From: Candidatus Gottesmanbacteria bacterium | Lineage (GTDB): Bacteria; Patescibacteriota; Microgenomatia; UBA10105; UBA927 | DNA length: 64,000 nt | Direction of reading: 5' to 3' | Assembly: GCA_030679255.1 (NCBI GenBank) | Contig: JAUXTO010000019.1 | Span: 1,699-65,698, forward strand | Shown: positions 28,325 to 36,685 of the stretch, in pieces | How positions within the stretch are numbered: position 1 is the first letter of the stretch | How the letters are laid out: each line of letters begins with the position of its first letter | Translations under genes and position numbers: made by a program | The notes under the pieces: model-generated | Database searches by the model: none | The model's input: only the letters and a program-made list of their open reading frames with translations | Told to the model about the DNA's origin: nothing

Positions 28325-28828
28325 TTACCCTCCCCGCTCCCATTTCATGAGCCGTCGGTACCAGGTCATGAATCGTGCGATGGGGATTGCTTTAGGAGCT
28401 GCATGCAACCGGTTACCGCCCTCTACGAGGAATTTCTCATAGAGAAGGGTATTCACGCGGTTGACGACCGTTTCCGCATCAGAAAAATGCGTGAGAATTT
28501 CCTCCCGCGTGATCGGACCATGGCGCCGGACAAGAAACAATACCTTCATCGAGGGACTCCGTGCGTCAAAAAAGAAACTCATGAAAAACAAAAAATGCGC
28601 GCCGGAAAAAAGAAGAAAGAGAAATAGAGCGCTCATTGGTAGAGTTCCGGGTATCTTGAAATAAAGTAGCCAACCAATGACCATGGCGCTTGGAATAAAA
28701 ATAAGAAAACTATTCTTCGTCAGCTTTCCAAATCCCAACGCGAGGGCACGGTGAAGAATAACATGAATCAAAGCAGTCAGGAGATACCAGCCCAAACTCA
28801 CAAAAAATTGCACCATAGAAATCCTCAC
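28325..28828 (-). CDS. Membrane protein, paralog of 27785..28321
   Basis: As above. Confidence 0.4.
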   Translation of the reverse strand: MRISMVQFFVSLGWYLLTALIHVILHRALALGFGKLTKNSFLIFIPSAMVIGWLLYFKIPGTLPMSALFLFLLFSGAHFLFFMSFFFDARSPSMKVLFLVRRHGPITREEILTHFSDAETVVNRVNTLLYEKFLVEGGNRLHAAPKAIPIARFMTWYRRLMKWERGG

Positions 28829-29535
28829 TGTTTTCTCAATGTTCCGGTTATATCTTCTGATACGAGGTCAACGAGAATTTTCGCGGTATGATAGATCGTT
28901 TTCCACCGGAATACCGACGCGACCCCGCTCCTTCGCGGTTCAAACAAAAATGGAATCTCGAGTAGGGTTGCTCCTCGGCCAATAAGGCGGATCCGGAGTT
29001 CTGCAAGAAACGTATTCCCATCGCTCGCCAGCCCCGCTTGTTTTACGAGCGACGTTTTACACATAAACGGCCCGGTATAGTAGCGCAGATCGAGGTGAAA
29101 CAAGAGGTTGCAGACCGTCACAAACAGATGGGAAATTATTCTCCGGTCAATCGTGCGCATGAGGGGGTTGGCCATATAGGCCGAGATAAAATCGGCTTTA
29201 TTGCGGGCTTTGATCAAATCTTCAAGCGATTCTTTTTTCATCTCGTTGTCGCTTGGAAACAGGGTCGTGTAGTCAAAGGAGGCTCGTGCCAGTCCCAAAC
29301 GGAAGGCGTGTCCGAATCCCATATTTTGTGGGGATTGGATGACCTGCACATGAGGAGATTTTTTGGCTATCTTCTGGGCGGCTGCCCCTGTATCATCGCT
29401 ACTGCCATCATTGATAATGATAATTTCGTACGGAATGCGCAATTTTTTGCAAACATCCGATACAGAAGAGACCGCGCGATCCAGATTGCCGGCTTCGTTA
29501 TACGCGGGCATGATGATACTTATTCCGGCTTTCAT
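28825..29535 (-). CDS. GT2 polyprenyl-phosphate sugar synthase-like
   Basis: ISIIMPAYNEAGNL...IIIINDGSSDDT. Confidence 0.65.
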   Translation of the reverse strand: MKAGISIIMPAYNEAGNLDRAVSSVSDVCKKLRIPYEIIIINDGSSDDTGAAAQKIAKKSPHVQVIQSPQNMGFGHAFRLGLARASFDYTTLFPSDNEMKKESLEDLIKARNKADFISAYMANPLMRTIDRRIISHLFVTVCNLLFHLDLRYYTGPFMCKTSLVKQAGLASDGNTFLAELRIRLIGRGATLLEIPFLFEPRRSGVASVFRWKTIYHTAKILVDLVSEDITGTLRKQ

Positions 29536-30662
29536 ACCTTGGTATAAAATTTTTGGATCACGGAGACGATCTGCCCCACATCACGGCCCGTCATATATTG
29601 GTGGCACGGGAGGGTGAGGATCGTATCGGCCTGCCGCTCGCACACCGGGAAATCTCCCTTTTTGTATCCGAGATACCGTGCGGCTTTCTGCAAATGAATC
29701 GGGGTGGGATATTGGATAACCGCCTCTATGCCTTGTTTGGCAAGATACGTGATCAATGCGTCCCGACGTTTGGCCATCACGACATAATTGGTGTACGTGT
29801 GAACAATAGGAGCTGTACACAAATTTCTGTCGGGTACATGCACATGCCCAGCTAACGGCTTGAGGAGCCGATCGTAGAGGACGGCAAGCGACCGGCGCTT
29901 TTTGACGACACCGGGCATCTGGGGCAGGAGAACGGAGGCAATCGCGGCGTGAATGGTGTCCAGCCTGCTGTTATGGGCAAAAAATTCAACTTCGTTTCTC
30001 GTCTTTAACCCGTGGTTACGCCAAAGTTTGAGCTTGGTGGCGAGTGTCGCGTCATTGGTCGTAATCATGCCGCCGTCCCCCCAGACGTGGAGAATCTTCA
30101 TAGGATGGAAACTGTAGGCCCCCGCCGTCCCAATGGTCCCCAAATATTTGCTGCCGTAGCGAGCGAGAAATGCCTGCGCCACATCTTCAACGACTGCCAG
30201 ATGGTGGCGCTTGGCGATAGCCATAATGGGCTTCATGTCCGCCGGTTGTCCCGTAAGATGGACGGGAATAATGGCTTTTGTTTTTTTCGTGATTACTTTT
30301 TGGATACATGCTGGATCGATAGTGTAGTCATCCCGCACATCAGCAAACACCGGACGGGCGCCGGTCAGGGCGATAGCCGCCGCTGTCGCGACAAAACTAT
30401 TTGGGGCGGTGATGACCTCGTCTCCTACCCCGATGCCAAGGGCTTTGAGAATAAGATACAACGCATCCGTACCGTTGCCAACCCCGATGACATGTTTGAC
30501 GCCCAGTATTTTGGCAGCCTGCGCTTCAAAAACAGCAACCTCTTTTCCTAAGGTAAAATCCCCGCGCCGGGCAACGGCTTCAATTTTTTTAAGATACGTG
30601 CCCGGCCGTTCGAACTGTTTTTTGAGATACGCGTAGGGCAATGTCCATGCTGGTGATTTCAT
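29532..30662 (-). CDS. DegT/DnrJ/EryC1/StrS-family PLP-dependent sugar aminotransferase
   Basis: GVGNGTDALYLILKALGIGVGDEVITAPNSFVATA. Confidence 0.75.
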   Translation of the reverse strand: MKSPAWTLPYAYLKKQFERPGTYLKKIEAVARRGDFTLGKEVAVFEAQAAKILGVKHVIGVGNGTDALYLILKALGIGVGDEVITAPNSFVATAAAIALTGARPVFADVRDDYTIDPACIQKVITKKTKAIIPVHLTGQPADMKPIMAIAKRHHLAVVEDVAQAFLARYGSKYLGTIGTAGAYSFHPMKILHVWGDGGMITTNDATLATKLKLWRNHGLKTRNEVEFFAHNSRLDTIHAAIASVLLPQMPGVVKKRRSLAVLYDRLLKPLAGHVHVPDRNLCTAPIVHTYTNYVVMAKRRDALITYLAKQGIEAVIQYPTPIHLQKAARYLGYKKGDFPVCERQADTILTLPCHQYMTGRDVGQIVSVIQKFYTKV

Positions 30663-30709
30663 ACGATATCGCCTACTCTAGCACGGGAAAGAATTTTGTG
30701 CAATGAAGA

Positions 30710-31786
30710 TTAAAATGGGCCGGTGAAGGTAGGGTCGGGCTGGTCGGGGGAAAATCCGGGTACCTCGGTGATTGCCGCGGCGTATTCCTTTACGATGCGA
30801 GCAACAACTGTCTGCTTCCTCCCGCACAACACAAGCGCGCTTCGCAGGATATCGATGCCCGTGGGGTAATACGATCCAGCCAGTGCCGGGCTCGTAGGGG
30901 TGGGCATATCCGGGAGCGCAATACGCACCGGCGGCATAGCAAAATGAACCCCGGCCTCGGCAACCATTGCCACGATCTCCGCTCCGATGCCAAAGGATTT
31001 CCAGCCGGTATCAGCGACGATCAGACGGTGGGTTTTTTGCACTGATTTGACGATGGTGTTGCGGTCTAGCGGTCGGATAGACCGCAGGTCAACCACTTCC
31101 GCGGCAATCCCCTCTTGAAGGAGTGCCTCGGCAGCTCTCATCGCTTCAATCGTCATGTACGACGCGGCGACAATCGTCACATCCCTCCCAGCTTTAGCAA
31201 CCCGCGCGTTCCCGATCGGGACTTCGTAATATCCTTTCGGCACATCTCCCGTCAGGGCGTGGAGCCAGCGGTGTTCAATGAAGATAACTGGATTGTTATC
31301 GCCAATGGCAGACAGTAACAAGCCCTTCGCATCAGCGGGGACAGCAGGCATGACCACTTTTAAACCTGGAATATGAGCAAAAAGAGCCTGTAAACTTTGT
31401 GAGTGCTGCGGCCCCGGCCCCCATCCCCTCCCCACGACCATACGGATCACAAGAGGAACGCTTTGCTTTTGGCCGAACATAAAGTACCACTTTGCCGCAG
31501 TATTGACGATGGCGTCAAAAGACATAAGCGTAAAGTCCATGCGCGCGTGGACCATAATCGGGCGCATGCCGGAAATAGCGGCCCCCACACAGATGCCAGT
31601 CATCCCGTTTTCGGCAACGGGCATATCCATGACCCGGCCGGGAAATTTTTGTGCGAGTCCAATGGTCGTCCCGAATATACCCTTCGCGTCCGGCACGCCC
31701 TCGCCGATGACAAACACGGACGGGTCGCGGGTAAGGGCGATTTCCTGGGCCTCGTTTATCGCCTGGGCGTAGGTTACGGTTCTCAT
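30710..31786 (-). CDS. TPP-dependent 2-oxoacid dehydrogenase E1 beta-like subunit (transketolase-like)
   Basis: VFVIGEGV....GRVMDMPVAENGMTGICVGAAISGMRP. Confidence 0.65.
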   Translation of the reverse strand: MRTVTYAQAINEAQEIALTRDPSVFVIGEGVPDAKGIFGTTIGLAQKFPGRVMDMPVAENGMTGICVGAAISGMRPIMVHARMDFTLMSFDAIVNTAAKWYFMFGQKQSVPLVIRMVVGRGWGPGPQHSQSLQALFAHIPGLKVVMPAVPADAKGLLLSAIGDNNPVIFIEHRWLHALTGDVPKGYYEVPIGNARVAKAGRDVTIVAASYMTIEAMRAAEALLQEGIAAEVVDLRSIRPLDRNTIVKSVQKTHRLIVADTGWKSFGIGAEIVAMVAEAGVHFAMPPVRIALPDMPTPTSPALAGSYYPTGIDILRSALVLCGRKQTVVARIVKEYAAAITEVPGFSPDQPDPTFTGPF

Positions 31787-32739
31787 GATTGATGATCCTC
31801 CTTATACACAAGCCGTTCGTCTTCCCTATTCACCGATGGAAAAGGGCTCTTGCGGGCAAAGGAAAAAGCGTCCCGGATTTCCTTGCTGATTTTTTCTTTC
31901 ATGGAATCAATCTCTTTTCCTTTAAAAAGCCGTCCCATGCGGGAGAGCGGATCATTCTTTTTCCATCGCGCGAGCTCCCCCGCCGGACGCAGCGCAGGCC
32001 CATCCTCGTGAGGTCCGCAATGCTCCAAAAACCGGTACGTCAGACATTCCAAAAAACCCGGCCCCTTCCCGTTTCGGATGAACCCGACAAATTTGTTGGC
32101 GGCTGTGTACACCGCTCCCGAGTCTTGACCGTCCACGGTTTGAGCGGTCATGCCATGGCCACTGGCAAGATTTGCGATAGGACGGCGGGCCTGACGGTCA
32201 AGGATATTCGTGACTGTTGAATACATATTGTTTTCACAAACAAAGAGGACCGGAAGTTTCCTGAGAACGGCAAAATTCATGGCTTCATGTGCTATCCCCT
32301 CCTCGACTGCCGCATCGCCGAAAAAACAAACGGCAATACCCGGCTTCTTGAGCATCGTGCGCGAAAACGCAACTCCTACAGCAACGGGAATGGTGGATGC
32401 AACGATAGGGGCGGCTCCCAAAAAATTCGCATCCAGGTCGATAAGGTGCATTGAGCCACCGATGCCTTCGGAACACCCTGTTGCTTTCCCATAAAGCTCG
32501 GCTATCATTGCTCTCAAGCTCCCGCCTTTGGCCAAATAATGTCCATGGGAGCGATGGGTGGAGAAGACCACATCTTCCTTTTTAAGAGCTGCGCAGACAC
32601 CTGCCGCAATTGCCTCCTGCCCGATGCAAAGGTGCGTGGGGCAGCGCATTTCCTGTTTCGGATACTCTCGGGCTATCGCCTCCTCCACCATACGGATACG
32701 GAGCATTTCGTAGAATAGCTTTTTATCTATTTTTATCAT
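31783..32739 (-). CDS. TPP-dependent dehydrogenase E1 alpha-like subunit
   Basis: HLCIGQEAIAAGV...HRSHGHYLAKGG...GGSMH. The 4-nt overlap with the beta gene suggests an operon. Confidence 0.65.
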   Translation of the reverse strand: MIKIDKKLFYEMLRIRMVEEAIAREYPKQEMRCPTHLCIGQEAIAAGVCAALKKEDVVFSTHRSHGHYLAKGGSLRAMIAELYGKATGCSEGIGGSMHLIDLDANFLGAAPIVASTIPVAVGVAFSRTMLKKPGIAVCFFGDAAVEEGIAHEAMNFAVLRKLPVLFVCENNMYSTVTNILDRQARRPIANLASGHGMTAQTVDGQDSGAVYTAANKFVGFIRNGKGPGFLECLTYRFLEHCGPHEDGPALRPAGELARWKKNDPLSRMGRLFKGKEIDSMKEKISKEIRDAFSFARKSPFPSVNREDERLVYKEDHQS

Positions 32740-32751
32740 AGATCACCTATA

Positions 32752-33747
32752 TTACCGAGGGTACTTAGGAAAGTTTGCTTGCATGACCCTGATGTTGTAA
32801 TATTTTTTGTTTGTAAGTACATCCGGCAATAGTCCTCTTTCATAGGCAATTTTAATATCCCCTATCGCTTCCTCGACGGTGTGACGGGAAGTAAATCCCA
32901 ACTCATTCTTAATTTTTTCTGATGAGATGTGATAGGAACGGTTATCGTTCGTGGGCTTCACGTCAATGACAATAGATGGATCTCCCAATACCCGTTTAAC
33001 CATCAGAGCCAACTCCATGACGGAATAATTTTGATACCCTGCATTGTAAATCTTTCCTGCGATCTTTTTCTTTGGCGACTCAAGAAGAGTCATATATGCC
33101 CTACACATATCGGTAATATGAATATTCGGGCGCTTTTGCGCTCCGCCAAAAACAGTAATGGATTTTTGTGTGAGCGCGCTCATTGTCAAAATATTCACCG
33201 AGAGATCCAGCCGCATCCGGGGAGAGTACCCGCATACCGTCGCGGGCCGGATGATGACCGGAGTGAAATCACCATCTTGTTTGGATAATAAATATTGTTC
33301 ACAACGTGCCTTGTATTTGGAATAATCGGTGAGAGGCTCGAGGGGTAAATCTTCCGTAACATTTTTTTCGGCTTTCACGCCATAGACGCTTGAGCTCGAG
33401 GCATAGATGAATCGCCGGACGCCTGCTTTTTTGGACTGATCAATAAGCGCGGTCGTCGCATCAAAATTAATGGATTTGCCTAAGGTAGGATCGAGCTCAA
33501 AACTCGGATCGTTGGAGATACACGCCAGATGGATGACCGTATCAATGCCCTTGAGGGACTTTTTGATCACAGCCGGATCGCGGATATCCCCCCGGACACA
33601 TTCAAGATTCTTGTGCGTCGTCAATACGTCGCCATACAGAAACAAGTCAAGAACACGGACACGATACCCTTTTTTCAACAACAATGGCACGAGGACTGCT
33701 CCGACGTACCCCGCCCCACCGGTGATCAACACGTTCTTATTTGTCAT
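32752..33747 (-). CDS. NAD-dependent epimerase/dehydratase (SDR)
   Basis: VLITGGAGYVGAVLVPLLL. Confidence 0.7.
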   Translation of the reverse strand: MTNKNVLITGGAGYVGAVLVPLLLKKGYRVRVLDLFLYGDVLTTHKNLECVRGDIRDPAVIKKSLKGIDTVIHLACISNDPSFELDPTLGKSINFDATTALIDQSKKAGVRRFIYASSSSVYGVKAEKNVTEDLPLEPLTDYSKYKARCEQYLLSKQDGDFTPVIIRPATVCGYSPRMRLDLSVNILTMSALTQKSITVFGGAQKRPNIHITDMCRAYMTLLESPKKKIAGKIYNAGYQNYSVMELALMVKRVLGDPSIVIDVKPTNDNRSYHISSEKIKNELGFTSRHTVEEAIGDIKIAYERGLLPDVLTNKKYYNIRVMQANFPKYPR

Positions 33748-33770
33748 AGGATAAAGAATTGTGTCATCCT

Positions 33771-34868
33771 CTAACGCAATAATTTTGATATAAATCGCGT
33801 CAGATCATCAAACGTAATCGGTGTTTTATTGCCGACGGTTTGTATTTTGATCGCTGCAGCAGCGTTTCCCACAAAAAGCGCCGTAGATAAATCCATGCCC
33901 ATTGCCAAACACGGTGCAATGACGGAATACAGCGCATCCCCTGCCCCTACCCGGTCAACTATCGTATCGGTGAAGGCCGGCACATCGACAAATCCCTTTT
34001 CTTTATTGTAGCCGGTGCTGCCGTGAGCGCCGCGGGTGACGATAAGCGTCTGGGTATGGAGATGCCGTGCGACCATCTTGGCAAGCCTCAAGACATCGCT
34101 ATAGCGGTCATGCGTCGCAAGTCTAATCTCATGGATATCGGTGGTGGCAATATCTGCCCGCGGATATTTCGTGATGATATTAAATCCATAGTTGGCACTA
34201 TTAGCCTGGACGTTGATGGCCAGGAGCTTGGCTTTTCGGGTAATGAGCCGGATGAGTTTTGGGGTCAAAAATCCATGACCAAAGTCATTGACCATGATCA
34301 GGTCATATTTCGGAAGTTCGCGTTTCAAATACACCGCAATGGTTTTTTCGAGTGTCGGACTGATGAAATCGTCCCAGATAAAACTCACTTGAAATAATTT
34401 TTGGTTGGCGTATTGGTCAATATACCGGCGTTTGATAATGGTCGACCCTTCCCGGAAAAAAAACTTCGGCTTAATCGATTTTTTTAGATGCGTACGGATG
34501 AACGGTTCGCAAGAAGGAGATTTGCCTAAGAGTGTGACCAGTGTGACATTGTCCGAAAGCGCCGCAGTATGGTTGACGGTTGCTAACGCCCCGCCGGCGT
34601 AAGATTCTTCCCGTGCGTAGCGGTGGACCACGAGCGGTTCTTTGGAGGATTTCCCCATGGGCGTCGTGTAGTGATACTCATCGATGATCGCCTCCCCAAT
34701 GACGAGGATCTTCATGGATCGAAGTTTTCCCAGTTCCTCAATAACAGTCCGGGCGCTATGACTTTTGGAAAATGATGATAGGAAACTCGCGCGGTCAATA
34801 GGTTCCTGCATGGGTGTCATCATATACCACTCCGCTTTATTTTTGCAATCAAAGCTTCGCCGGCACAA
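33771..34868 (-). CDS. PfkB-family sugar kinase (RfaE/HldE kinase-domain-like). The start is probably near 34823.
   Basis: KILVIGEAIIDEY...DRVGAGDALYSVIAPCLAMG. Confidence 0.65.
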   Translation of the reverse strand: MCRRSFDCKNKAEWYMMTPMQEPIDRASFLSSFSKSHSARTVIEELGKLRSMKILVIGEAIIDEYHYTTPMGKSSKEPLVVHRYAREESYAGGALATVNHTAALSDNVTLVTLLGKSPSCEPFIRTHLKKSIKPKFFFREGSTIIKRRYIDQYANQKLFQVSFIWDDFISPTLEKTIAVYLKRELPKYDLIMVNDFGHGFLTPKLIRLITRKAKLLAINVQANSANYGFNIITKYPRADIATTDIHEIRLATHDRYSDVLRLAKMVARHLHTQTLIVTRGAHGSTGYNKEKGFVDVPAFTDTIVDRVGAGDALYSVIAPCLAMGMDLSTALFVGNAAAAIKIQTVGNKTPITFDDLTRFISKLLR

Positions 34869-34909
34869 GGCACGCGAGGGGCAAGATTCAAGAGTGTCTC
34901 AAAAAACTA

Positions 34910-35329
34910 TTATTTCGGCCAGAGAAAGGCGCCGAGCATTTCGTCCAACATCAGTTCTTTTTCTTCGCCGGACTCGTGAGTGAGAAGGATCGTCATGGGA
35001 ATGCCTGACCGCTTTTGGCTTTCATACAGGAGCTGTTTGCACATGTGGCAGGGATAAGCAAATTGTCCTTTTTCAAGTTTCTCATTACTCAAGCACGCCA
35101 TCGTAACGACCTCCCCTTCTCCGTGGGCTGCGGCGTGAACCAGGGCGCACTGTTCTCCGTGGAGAGTCAATGAATATGTATCGGAAAAATATTGGGCTGC
35201 CGCGTACACGTTTCCGGATTTGGTGAGCACCGCTGCAGCATAGGTAGTGGCGGCACCTTTAGGATAGGAATTTTTCATCGCCTCCGTAAGGGCGGCTTTC
35301 AATTTCGTTTTCTGATGATCAGTAAGCAT
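34910..35329 (-). CDS. CMP/dCMP-type (cytidine) deaminase family protein
   Basis: HGEQCAL ... PCHMCKQ zinc-binding motifs. Confidence 0.6.
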   Translation of the reverse strand: MLTDHQKTKLKAALTEAMKNSYPKGAATTYAAAVLTKSGNVYAAAQYFSDTYSLTLHGEQCALVHAAAHGEGEVVTMACLSNEKLEKGQFAYPCHMCKQLLYESQKRSGIPMTILLTHESGEEKELMLDEMLGAFLWPK

Positions 35330-35359
35330 AAAGAGTTTACTAAATACTATCCTGCCCGA

Positions 35360-35839
35360 CTATCTCCACAATGAAAATTTCTTGGTTAATTCAGAAAGAG
35401 TCATACGGTCACCAAAAAAACAGATGCCATAATATTCAAGTTCCACCTCAACCGTTTCGCTTGTTCTCTGCTTTTGCTCTACGAACGTCCCAACGGTCAT
35501 GGTGTTTGTAAAATCTGTGAAGGGAATAGAATGTTCTTTAAGTGCATTCCTTAGTGTACGTATCTGGTTGGAGTTATCGCTCGATACTATGATAAAGGGA
35601 TTATCGGATATGCTGGGATGCACTCCCCCATCCTTGTCTCTATAGCTATCAAACCGCATGGCTTCTTTATCCGGCACAAGGGCAGAAAGACCAGCCGTCA
35701 TATGTCCCAAAGCGTTCATGAGCTTGCCGGTTTCAATTTTCTTATTGAGCACTGCAACAAATTTGTGTGTCGTGGGATTGGTATTCATAATCATTATTGT
35801 ATGAAGATAGTACTCGTTGCTATTTTCAAAGTCTAGCAC
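35360..35839 (-). CDS. DUF2000-family protein
   Basis: KFVAVLNKKIETGKLMNALGHMTAGL. Confidence 0.45.
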   Translation of the reverse strand: MLDFENSNEYYLHTIMIMNTNPTTHKFVAVLNKKIETGKLMNALGHMTAGLSALVPDKEAMRFDSYRDKDGGVHPSISDNPFIIVSSDNSNQIRTLRNALKEHSIPFTDFTNTMTVGTFVEQKQRTSETVEVELEYYGICFFGDRMTLSELTKKFSLWR

Positions 35840-35896
35840 TCGTCTTCATGTGTTCGTCTTCATTTCGACAAAATACGACCAATAATCCAAAAAGTT

Positions 35897-35925
35897 AGCT
35901 TCGCAAGGCCAGGCCTTGCGAAGCT
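35897..35925. repeat. REP-A palindrome (centre A), 26 nt upstream of the RAYT gene
   Basis: agcttcgcaaggccaggccttgcgaagct. Confidence 0.9.
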
Positions 35926-35950
35926 AGAAATTCTATGATAGGTTGATGGT

Positions 35951-36667
35951 ATGCCAGCAAAAAATCGAACCAAACAATATGAGGAAGACGCCCGGTACCA
36001 TCTCTACAACCGAGGCGTGGATAAGCAAAAAATTTTTCGGGATCGTCAGGATCATAGTGTATTTCTCTCCTACCTCAAAACGTATTTAGAACCCAAGGAT
36101 GAAATCACTCTTCGGGCGACCATTATGGATGAAACTGCTTCCTGGAGGGCAAAAGGCCAAGCGATAAAGTTGCTTAGGCTAAATAATTTCTATGACAATC
36201 TCACCCTGCTTTCCTATTGTCTTATGCCCAATCATTTTCATTTTCTCGTGCATCAAAGAGATGAGGATGGCATAGACCGATTCGTCAATTCCCTGGGTAC
36301 ACGCTACACGATGTATTTCAACAAAAAATACAAACGCGTTGGTCCATTGTTTCAAGGAGTCTATAAAGCAGTACTTGTAAAAACCGATGACCAGCTTCTC
36401 TACCTCTCGAGATACATTCACCGAAACCCACTCGGATTAGATAAATCGAAAATATTAGCTTCGCAAGGCCTGGCCTTGCGAAGCTGGGAGTATAGTTCGT
36501 ATAAGGAATATTTGGCATTACGACAGACCAAATGGGTGAATCGAAAGGAAATACTCACTCAATTCGGAAAAAAAGGAACGACATCATATCAGTCGTTCGT
36601 TGAGGGATTTGATGAAAATGAAAACGCAGCCTATATTCTCCATGATACAGCTATCGACGTTGATTGA
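35951..36667 (+). CDS. IS200-like Y1/HUH transposase of the REP-associated (RAYT, COG1943) type
   Basis: YHLYNRGVDKQKIF; LLSYCLMPNHFHFLV (HuH); GPLFQGVYKAVLV; YLSRYIHRNPL (catalytic Tyr region); WEYSSY. One REP-A copy is inserted in-frame (ILASQGLALRS). Confidence 0.8.
   Translation: MPAKNRTKQYEEDARYHLYNRGVDKQKIFRDRQDHSVFLSYLKTYLEPKDEITLRATIMDETASWRAKGQAIKLLRLNNFYDNLTLLSYCLMPNHFHFLVHQRDEDGIDRFVNSLGTRYTMYFNKKYKRVGPLFQGVYKAVLVKTDDQLLYLSRYIHRNPLGLDKSKILASQGLALRSWEYSSYKEYLALRQTKWVNRKEILTQFGKKGTTSYQSFVEGFDENENAAYILHDTAIDVD
36457..36485. repeat. REP-A palindrome inside the RAYT coding sequence
   Basis: Exact palindrome. Confidence 0.9.
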
Positions 36668-36685
36668 CGTAATATTAGAAAAAAG

